This document shows positions 52,801 through 62,250 of a DNA stretch of 64,000 nt, in pieces. The translations under genes and the position numbers were made by a program. The DNA is from Pristiophorus japonicus (taxonomy: Eukaryota): the NCBI RefSeq assembly GCF_044704955.1, contig NC_091981.1, forward strand, positions 177,940,001-178,004,000, read 5' to 3'. Every line of letters starts with the position of its first letter. Within the stretch, counting starts at the first letter, position 1. The notes under the pieces are model-generated. The model worked only from the letters and a program-made list of their open reading frames with translations, was not told where the DNA came from and searched no databases.

Positions 52801-54735
52801 GAATGCCTTGTTGCATCACAGTCTCTCAAACATCTTTTTACTCATGATGGATTGGCTAGCGCCAGTGTCCAGTTCCATGGCTACGGGTAAGCCATTCAAT
52901 TTTATGTTTAGCATTATAGCTGGAAATTTCATTGAAAATCTGTGCACCCCCGTGTACTTCAGCATCTTCCTCCTCTCTCTGAGGCTCGAAATTGCTTTGA
53001 TCCACCATGGACCGATCTTCCTCTGCCACGTGGTGGTTAGCAGGTTTTGCAGAGCTTACAGCTCATTTGCAAGCTCGTTGGAGGTGCCCCATTGTTTCAA
53101 AGCTCTTGCAAACATACCGTTTGAAGCGGCGTGAATAGGCTGAATGGAAGCCTCCATGACGCCAACAAGGTGTGAATTGCCTTACACTCATCCTTTGTTG
53201 GGGACTCTGAGTCATCTGGGTCACCTGAGGCCTGCTGGCAGTTGCAGACTCGTGGGTTCTGCCCTGTGCATTTCTGCTCGCAAACACAGTTCCAGTTAAT
53301 TTATGAACATTGCTAGCACTTGTGTGCTGAGAGATTTGTTTGGTGTTATCACTGGTGGACATAAACGCCTGTGCTATCGCAATGGCCTTACTGAGGGGCG
53401 GTGTCTCTAAATTCAAAAGTTTTCGTAGGATGCTCTCGTGGCCAGTACAAAAGTATTTGCTCCAGGTAGCCATCAAACTCACATTGTCCTGCAAGTCGCC
53501 TTAGCTCGGCGACTTAGCTCGCCACTTCCTGACCTTCAGATCGCTGGCACGTGTAGAACCGATACCTCGCCCTCCCTTGGGTTAAGATGCTCCCGAACCA
53601 GTGTACACAGCTCCTCATATGACTTATATGTGGGTTTCACCGGAGCCAGAAGATTCTTCATGAGGCTGTAGGTCGGTGCCCCGCAGACTGTGAGGAGGAC
53701 CGCTCTCCTTTTTGCAGCGCTTCCTTCTCCGTCCAGCTCGTTGGCTAAAAAGTACTGGTCTAGCCGTTCGACATAGGCTTCCCAGTCCTCACTCTCCGAG
53801 AATTTCTCCAGGATGCCCACAGTTTGCTGCATCTTTGCATTGGATTCTTATTCTCGTCGCCAGTTATTGTGTTCCTAACACTGATGAGGCTGCATATAGG
53901 GAGATTAAAGTAACAGTGACCTCAGTCTTTAATAAGACACTCCAGAGTGAGGAACAGGCCTTAGGGTCCAGCTTATATACAGTGCTCCCTGGTGGCGGAA
54001 CATGGGAGTGCATGCTTTACAGATGCACAACCGGGTCCGCTACCAACGGGGCTTTTTGGTCAATGCACTGGTTGGCCTTCCGATAGTCCACCTCATGCGC
54101 CAGGCATCTTTACCCTTATGCACTGACCATACGGGATTATTGGATGAGCTGTGGGTCTTAACTAGTACCCCTTGTTCTCTTAACTGCCGGATGATGGGTA
54201 ATATTCCTTGGATTGATGTCGGGCTGATCGGGTACTGTTTGGTGCAAGGAGGTGGAGTCCCGGTGAAGGTAACCAGGTCCATTTTAAGCAAGCCACAGTC
54301 ATGTTTGTCATTGGCCCATATCAGGTGGTCCCTTAGCTCTTCCCTCTGCAGGGATCGGATCGACCATGTGACTTGGCCGTCCTCAAAGTCCAGGGAGGAG
54401 TCTATTTTCGTCAAGACGTCCATCCCGAGTAGGGGTTGTCCCACCGGTCCCACCCGGACCGATACCGTTACTTCATGTGGTCCCAGAACCAAACACATCG
54501 GCTGGGTTCGGTGGAGTATCAGCTTATGGCCTCCGACTCCATGTGCTGCACGGGTTGTCCCGTCGAGGGGGAATTTATAATTTTCGGGCACGCACGTCAA
54601 TTCTGCCCCTGTGTCCAATAAACAATCAGTCTCTTGGTCGCCCACTCCCATACTGACATATAGTCCGTCCCTGCACTGATGTATTAATGCTAACAGGTAT
54701 CCTGCCGGGGAGGGGGTGGGCTCTACGAGTTTTTT
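46810..54735 (-). pseudogene. pol: ERV pro-pol, interrupted by Gypsy 2
   Basis: LLDTGA, LPQGFHNSP, QYVDD, FTDGS, YTDSKY, HSWGH..CVTC, DSDQG, WEGPY. Confidence 0.92.
49507..54032 (-). mobile_element. Gypsy (Mag-like) LTR retrotransposon 2; LTRs 49507-49717 and 53865-54032
   Basis: Exact TSD GGGTC, PBS TGGCGACGAG, PPT; LDTGAS, FQDD, CDAS, HSTHPG, SNGQAER; removing it restores ERV KAPLVADPSTIF. Confidence 0.95.
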
Positions 54736-56231
54736 GCACATTCCAGCAACTGCAGCTGCTGATCGAGGGAAAGTTCTTTAAACCGCTCCATCACTGACCG
54801 CCCATCGGCCTGTTTCTGGCCCGTCCCCGAGCTTCCCTGGTTGTTCTGTTCCTTCGCTCGGCACGATCGGGCCCAATGTCCCTCTTTACCGCAATAGTGG
54901 CACTTTCCTGGCAGTCTTCCGGACGTCTGCCCCTCCCGGTTCTTTGGTTTCCATCCAGTCTGCATTACTCGGACCTTTGAAGTTAAATCCCGATCTAACT
55001 GGCTACACAGGTCTACAAACTGCGCGAAGGAGGTTCCCTGATCATCCCAATCTGCCAGGGTCGCCTTCACTAATTTAAATAGTTTTGGTTTCAACCCCGC
55101 CATAAAGGTAGCCTTCAAGGGTCCAACTCTTTTGTCATCCATCTGCTCCGCATCTTGATGCAGACCCCGAATGTTCCAGCCACGTAGACTTGAATCGCTC
55201 CTCATACTCGAGTCCCTCCTCTGTGCCTTTTTGCTGGCACACTGCAATCTTACTCCAATCCATCCTTGTCGGCCCATACTTTCTTAACTACCCTTTCACT
55301 TCTCCCCTGCGTCAATCCCCTGTCCAGTGTCTCCAAGTGCCTCTTTTACTGCCCTCTGGAGCTTACGTGCCGATCGTCCCGGCACCATGACGATCAGAAT
55401 CTGGACTCCGTCCAAAGGATGGAGTGTGTAAATACTTCGCAGTCAATCTCATTGTTCCCAAGTTCTCACCCCCCACCTTTTTCGGGTGTTGGAGTTCTTT
55501 CGACGATTTATCTATTTTTTCGGGTTCCGTGGCTACGTGAACCATCATATTCTCGTATCTTTGTTTACGTTTCTTAGTTCCGCCTTCCGTCTTAGTCGTC
55601 GTCTCTACTTTAACTCTCGTTGTTTTTAGTGGGGCTAATATAGGACTAATATCGCTGCCGTCCGAGTCTTCGTCGGATGACGAGGAGCCTGAATCCGACG
55701 TCACTGATCCCGCCAGTTGCCTTTCCAGCTGTCGGTGTTCTTTCCCTAATTGTGACAGACTTGGATAGACGGCTTTATACTCCAGACGCACCCCTGCGTA
55801 CTGGCTGCGACCAAATCTTTCATCTCACCCTTCAGTTATCCCTTTCTTCCCTATTTCTGAATTTTTCTTGGTCACTTGTTCCCCAAGTGCCTTGATTTGA
55901 TGTTTAGCAGCTTTCAGATCCTGATCGAATTGGGACTGGGTCATGATTTCTTTTCTCTGTCGAACTTGGCTCATGACGGCCAGGGACCAGCAGGTCCTTT
56001 CTTTATCTTTCATGCGCGTGGTTTTCCCCCATACCCTTTTTATATCGTCCAGGGTACACTGACCCTTAGAGGTTCCATACTTTTGTTCAATTTCGGCACA
56101 TTCTTTCGTAAATCAAACCGCTGTTCGATGTATTCCCAAAGGCTTTCTAACACTTCCTCGTCCGTGACCTCTGGTGGGGCCAGGCCTCCTTTTTCAGTCG
56201 TGGGATGGTTTTTGTTTCCGCCTTCAGCCAT
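54723..56231 (-). pseudogene. gag: ERV gag (frameshifted)
   Basis: Lies after the leader; C-terminal CHYCGKEGHWARSC zinc knuckle. Confidence 0.85.
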
Positions 56232-56490
56232 TGTGCCGATTTAGAACCCTTAGTTATGGCGGGTGCGAGACGTGGACCTTAAGTCCGGGACAGGACGTTA
56301 TGTTCTGTCGAGTGGAGAGCTCTCTGTTACGGGGGTCTCAACCCAAATACTACCCACAGACGGTTCTTTTAAAGATCGCGTGAATGACGCCTGCCGCGAA
56401 AGACTTCGGACGAGGACTTTTATTTAAAGAGATGTCCTTACCCTCGTGTCGACGTGGGTCCTAGGGTCTCCCAGCGGCTGACATTCAGCG

Positions 56491-56508
56491 ATCCTGCCGA
56501 CTACGCCA
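56491..56508 (-). promoter_or_regulatory. ERV primer-binding site, tRNA-Ser
   Basis: TGGCGTAGTCGGCAGGAT, complementary to the 3' end of vertebrate tRNA-Ser(AGA/TGA), 3 nt from the LTR. Confidence 0.88.
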
Positions 56509-58659
56509 GAATGTAGGGTTGCGTATATTTCTAGTAGTTGACAAGACTCGAATCCGGTGGTAGTATCCAGGCAAACTTTATTGGCTCAGTTACATTCAGT
56601 TACATCTTGCAGTTACTAAGAATAAAGCGCACTCTACCGCGTGTTACAGCTTCAGTTATAGTCGTGAACGTGGGGTCTTCCCATTCCCTGATTGGTCCCC
56701 CTGCTGTTACTGGGGTCAGTTTGTCAACTCCGGACTGGCTGCTGGTTATGACCCAGCTGTCCATTGCAGATAGCAATCGCCTTGGTCATGATGTGATTAC
56801 CACATCATGCCCCTTCCTCCTGCTGTTCACGGTTTCGCAGCATGTTCCTGTTATCTGGTCGGAACAGCGCTTAACTCGGTGATTGTGCTTTGGCTCCAAC
56901 CACGCTGCAACCTTTTCCATTGTTAGTGAGCACGTACACAGCACACAGCTAGTCTATAATTATAAATTAATCAGGCCCCAATAAATCAGGTCCCACACCG
57001 TCCAGTGAGCTGTAACAAATAAACAGAGTATGAATACAAAACCTCTCTTAAAATTGTTTATTGCCATCTTTGCAGAAAAAGTTGTCCGACAACCACCGAG
57101 AGCAGACGAAAACTGGTGGAGGTCCGGCAAGAATGCACCCACTAACACCTTTGGAAATGAGGGTTGGAGGTATTATTGGTGGCACCTGAAGATCGACCAC
57201 CCATGCAGAAGCTGGGCCAAGGTTGCAGAGAAAGGGCAAGTCCTGCAAAATCCACAATCTGGGTTGGCTCAATGTTAAGTACTGTGTGGGCTACGCTTCA
57301 GTTTATGCGATGTACTTTCCGTAGACTACGCTTCAGTTTATGCGATGTACTATCATTCATTATGGTCCTCCAAATGATTCTACACTATGTGAGCCTACTC
57401 ATGTCACCCTGCCCCCTCCCCTGCTGCTAACCATTTGTCTGTTCTGTTATATTTTGCAGATGTTGCACAGACATCCAATAATGAAGCAGAAGGCCTCGTC
57501 ACCGTGCCACAACCAGAAGTGGATGAGCCTGCTGACCTCAGCTATACTGAAGAAGTTATAGAAGCCGATCAGGACAAGAACGAGAATAAGGAGAAGCAGG
57601 AAAACGACAATATATTTTTTTGGGGGGGTGGGGGAAGGAGGAGGATGAGACGATGACATTACAACTGGAGGTGGTGCAGGCCATGCATGTACCAAGCGCT
57701 TTCGGCAGCTCTATGCGCGAGGGGACATTACATGGTTGTACACACTCTGAGGTTGCGGCGGGTCCCAGTGGGTTGCAGGAAAGCACTCCCTGGGCGACGG
57801 CAGCAGGCCCATCTGCATGAATGAGGAAGAGGACGAGACCTGAACAGCACTCTCCTGAAATGCAGGCTGCATGGGAGGTGTTAGAGCTCATGGGAATGAG
57901 TGGGGAGAGCGTTGAGCTTACCAGATCGCTCTTGGAGGCCATGGGTTGGATCAAAGGAGAAATAGCAGCACTGTCGGGAGGATAGGGAGGGCATGTCGGA
58001 AATAGCTGCTGCAATGTGGGAAGATACCCAGGCTGTTATTGCCCAGCGGCATTTGACAGTATCAAGTGATGCCACTCGCACTCCAATCCCCAGACCAGCC
58101 TCAACAGTCAGTGTGCAGGTTGTTCTACAGGCTGAAAAGTCCCAAGCCGGGCCTTCCGCAGCCAGAGGTTTTCAAGGGCTTCCATTACCGTCTCCTGGGT
58201 CTGTATCCCACCCCAACAAGCGGAGCTCCGTATCCAAGACACTATCAAAAATCTTGGGCTGACCAGGAGTAGGGCGAAGGGCAAGGATAAGGACAAGAAG
58301 TGCGGGTGGCGTAGCGGTGTTTAAATAAGGGGGGCGGGTGGGAAGAGATGGCTGCAGCTGAAGTATGTTTGCTGCTGTTGTTGTTCTTTTGTTGTTGTTT
58401 TGCTGTTCTTTTGTTCTTCTTTTATTGTTATTTAATGATGTTAATTGAAAAGCTTAAAGTTCACTATTACATTGTTTTATTAAAGTTAAGTACAAGTGTA
58501 CAAATGTTCAATAAACTGAAAATTATTTTTTCAACTAAACCAAAATTATGTACATTATTTTTTCAACTAAACCAAACTTAGGTGGTGTCTCATTTGCAGA
58601 ATAACAGGTGGAAATAATCAACATGGTGGGATGCAATGGTCAAACGTGCCGTTCAGCCT

Positions 58660-59837
58660 TCATGCAAAGCGGTGAAGTATCAACTGCTGACGCAAGGCTC
58701 TTGCAATGGCATAACGTCCACGAGGCCTCCTCCGCCGTCGTCCTGCGGGTTGTAGTGGTGGCATGGGTTCCTCTTCCTCCTCATTCTCATCATCAGCCTC
58801 CTCCTCCCCACCCCTCCTCCCTCTCGCCTGAGCTGGTTCTGCAATGTCCTCCAGTGGGAATATCTGTTCCCTCATGATAGCTAAGTTGTGTAGCATGCAG
58901 CACACCACAGTGAACTCACCGACGTGCTGAAGGGAGTATTGCAGGGAGCCTCCAGAGTGGTCCAGGCATCGGAAACGTTGCTTGAGCACTCCAATTGTCC
59001 ATTCGACAATGTTGCATGTGGCTGCATGGCTCTCATTATAGCGATGCTCAGCTTCTGTCTGAGGGTTCCAGAGGGGGGGTCATGAGCCAGGTGGCGAGCC
59101 TGTAACTTATGTCCCCCAGCATCCAGCTCTGCCCCTCTGGCTGACACTCAAACATCTGTGACACACTGCTCTCACGCAAGATGAAAGCATCATGGATTTT
59201 GCATCTACTGCTATGATACGCTGCATATGGTTGCAGACGATCTGCACGTGAGTGGAATCCTTTTGTGTTTCAGTAAACCTCCGGATCATCTAAGGGTGCT
59301 CGCAGGGCGATGTGCATATAGTCAATGGCAGCCTGTACCTTGGGGAAGCCAGCAATTCGTGCAAAGCTTAAAGCCCTCTCATTCTGTGCCTCCCTGGTCA
59401 TTGGGAATTTGATGAAGTCCATCCTGCGTGCAAACAGTGCAACAGTCACCTGGCGAATGCAGCTATGTGTAGCATGCTGCAAGATGCAGCATACGCCCCC
59501 AAATGATGTCGGAGGCATAGAAGGAAAGTGCTGCAGTCACCTTGACCTGGGTGGGCAGTGCAGTCCTCCCGCTTCTAGGCTGTATATCTGCCTTTATGAG
59601 CTGGCATATCTCTGCGACCACCTCTTTTCGAAAGGCCAGAATTCTAACGCACCGTGCCTCAGTCAGGTGCAGGTATGAGCACCTCTCGCTGTAAACTCGT
59701 TCGGGATAAGGCCTCCTCCCCATAAGTCTGCGACCTCTTTGATTACCCAGATAATGCTGCCGAATAAGCCTTCTTCGATGATAAGATAGGACAGCATAAG
59801 CACGCTCCACATATGGCAAAGATAGAATAGCCCCCAT
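58660..59837 (-). pseudogene. Harbinger (HARBI1-like) DDE transposase, disrupted
   Basis: FARIAGFPKVQAAID, LKQRFRCLD..GGSLQY, VVCCMLHNLAI. Confidence 0.9.
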
Positions 59838-60926
59838 TCTTTAAATGTCCTTAACTGTCCTTAAAAACTAATTATAACCTCACACAAAGCTCAATCTGTA
59901 AACACAGCCTTCCCTACAAAAGCTTTAACTCAGCTCCGTTTTCCAAGATGGCGCCTTTGACATTTTACAACTTTGAAAACCTTTTCACACAAAATCCGTA
60001 TCAACACCCAACCTGCAAAGGGTGCCGATCTATAGTGACTTTCTGGAGTCACAGTTGTACCTGTTCTTTTCGGATCAGCCTGGTGTTTTAAAAGTGGACA
60101 TTGCTGCGTCGAAATTGCGGAGAACTAAAAATAGATTCCCATAAAATAAAGTTATTATTTTCTTCAAAGTGGCAATTTAAAAAAATACCAGCTAATTCGG
60201 AGTGTGAGAACACGAGTTAGCTTTAGCGGGCCCACTGTAAACAAACCAGTGATTGGATTTATGTTGAAGAGAATCCAACATGGCGCCGTTATCGCGGATT
60301 TTCATCCGACTCCACCAGGTAAGGAAAGCTTTTTAAAAACAGTATTTAGCACTGTCCTTAAAAATATTCTTATTGGTGAAACTCGCAAAAAATGGAGCTA
60401 AATCGTGGCGAATTTTGGGCCCGAAGTGCTGTTCCTTGAGCTTATGTTGAGTTTCGCTGGAACAGTGTAAGAGGCCAAGGATGGAGAGGTCAGAGTGGGA
60501 ATATAGTGGAGAATTAAAGTGACAGACAACCGGAAGCTCAGGGTCACACTTATCGACAGAACGGAGGTGTTCTGCAAAGCGGTCACCCAATTTGCGTTTG
60601 GTCTCCTCAATGTAGAGGAGACCACATCGTGAGCAACAAATACAATATACGAAATTGAAAGAAATACAAGTAAATCACTGTTTCACCTGGGAGGAGTATT
60701 TGGAGCCCTGGACAGTGGAAAGGGACGTGGTAAAAAGGCAGGTTTGCATCTCTTGTGCTTGCACGGAAAGGTGCCATGGGATGGGGAGGCAGTTTTGGGG
60801 GTGACTGGGGAATGGGTCAGGATGTCGCGGAGGGAGCAGTCCCTTCGGAATGCTGAGAGGGGAGGGGCGAGGAAGATGTGATTGGTGATGGGATCACGCT
60901 GGAGGTGGTGGAAATGGCAGAGGATG

Positions 60927-62250
60927 TGTTGGAAAGTTTAAGGTTATCTCTGGTCACTTTAATAATCAGGATCAACTGTAAAACCAATCTGGTGGATATA
61001 TTGTGTTTAATCAGAGTTTAAGACAGAATATAACACATTAGTTATATAGCAAAAACATACAACCATAACAGGTAGTGGATACCAATCCCGATCGGACAAA
61101 CGGCTGCCGCACGTGAGCAGTTCTCTGGCTCGCAGTCATTTTCTCTGTCTAGAATGGGAACACTCAAAGAGTGTTCGACCAGCTCAACTTCTGTTTTGCC
61201 CTCCCCTCACACCATCTGTGAGAGCAACCTTGAGAAGGCTACCTTTATTCTATTTTTAGGGGTGGGCCTGACCTGGGATATTGACAAGACCTTTTGACCT
61301 AGAGAGGTTCCCCTAAAAACGTAATATTCAACAAGGTTTCTAGTTCTGTGTCTCGATTCCGGAAACAAAGCCCACTCTAAAGATGTCATTTGATTTGGAC
61401 CACATGTCATTCTCTGTTTACACTAACCCAGGGTTTCTTCCTGTGGAAATTGTTTCATCCCTCTTGTCCCTATTCTCTCGGGTACAATCAGTACAAAGCC
61501 TTAGCTCTACCCTTTGAACTATGAGGCCCAAATCATAAAACTGCTTGCTTCCGAGCATTTCTTTTCAAGTATTTTCAACCACTGAACCCACACAGGGTGC
61601 GTCCCTGGCGTTTCAGCACGTACACCACGTCCATGGCCATCACGGTCTTGCGCTTGGCGTGCTCGGTGTAGGTGACTGAGTCCCTGATGACATTCTCCAG
61701 GAAGACCTTCAGCACCGCGCACACCTCCTCGTAGATCAGCCCCGAGATGCGTTTGACGCTCCTGCGGTGAGCCAGGCGGCGGATGACCGGCTTGGTGATG
61801 CCCTGGATGTTATTGTGCACCACTTTGCAGTGCCGCCTGGCTCCGTCTTTGTCCAGCCCCTTGCCGCCTTTCCCTCTGCCCGACAGTTACCTCCTTTATG
61901 ACGTAGCAACATGTTTATGTTAACTCTCAACTTCCATCCATTATCTTCGCCAGCAGTTTTGTTAAGCTAACTTCAAATCCTATCCTTAGCATTATACAAA
62001 AAATACATAAACAAGGTTCAAGTCTTAACTTAAAAACAACAGATAATCGCTTAGCAACAGGGAGATTGTATATAGTGCAAAGATCTATACCTTCCGTAGG
62101 AAACCAAGACATTAGCATTTCTAAGCATTTCTCTGATCCGAAGAGACTTTCCGTCTGCAATTCGAACATCAGAGTTTAAACAGCATTTTTTCCCGTCACA
62201 GTTTTAATCGCATAACCATATACATTTTTAGGCATCCCTGATTTCTAACA
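60927..62250 (-). mobile_element. Solo-LTR-like element (1,324 bp) carrying a histone H4 frame
   Basis: Termini TGTTGGAAA..TTTCTAACA, TSD GATG (60923-26, 62251-54); Penelope is contiguous once it is removed; orientation inferred from ATTAAA sites near 60960-61012 on the minus strand. Confidence 0.82.
61575..61886 (-). pseudogene. H4: Histone H4 reading frame, full length, CTG in place of ATG
   Basis: 312 bp with no indels or internal stops: [34 protein letters not shown]; 19 of 102 residues differ from canonical H4. Confidence 0.93.

Larger units (their letters stand above)
44936..56997 (-). mobile_element. Full-length defective endogenous retrovirus; 3'LTR 44936-45432, 5'LTR 56512-56997
   Basis: TG..CA LTRs, TSD CCATC/CCGTC, PPT TCAAAGGGGGGAT, gag-pro-pol-env order. 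Confidence 0.95.
40260..57041 (-). mobile_element. Gypsy (Mag-like) LTR retrotransposon 1; 3'LTR 40260-40454, 5'LTR split into 44780-44935 and 57003-57041
   Basis: TSD CCTCT (40255-59, 57042-46), PPT, tRNA-Ser(GCT)-like PBS TGGCAACAAGGATG; two CCHC, IDLGA, LLDD, DAS, HDGHPG..CEAC, TDNGPQF; frameshifted. Confidence 0.93.
39930..58327 (+). pseudogene. Harbinger Myb/SANT gene: exon 1 39930-40172, exon 2 from 57076, exon 3 from 57460
   Basis: RARKFT..W..VAE..QCRKKWQN..VVR|gtaagt joins in phase to ttgcag|KKLSDNHREQTKTGGGP; stops further on. Confidence 0.82.
39729..60422. mobile_element. Formerly autonomous Harbinger (Myb gene +, transposase -), expanded by nested insertions
   Basis: Imperfect TIRs GGAGCTAAAATTTTTCACGAT and GGGCCCAAAATTCGCCACGAT (15/21); TSD not clear. 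Confidence 0.82.

Noticed and set aside
57290-57352. 26-bp local duplication in the Myb intron
   Set aside because: Ordinary slippage duplication with no sign of function.
61575-61886. Functional replication-dependent H4 gene
   Set aside because: No ATG, no stem-loop, no histone cluster, and many CpG-type missense changes.
61887-61897. Shine-Dalgarno-like AAGGAGGT before H4
   Set aside because: Only 2 nt from the start position and in a eukaryotic context; likely chance.
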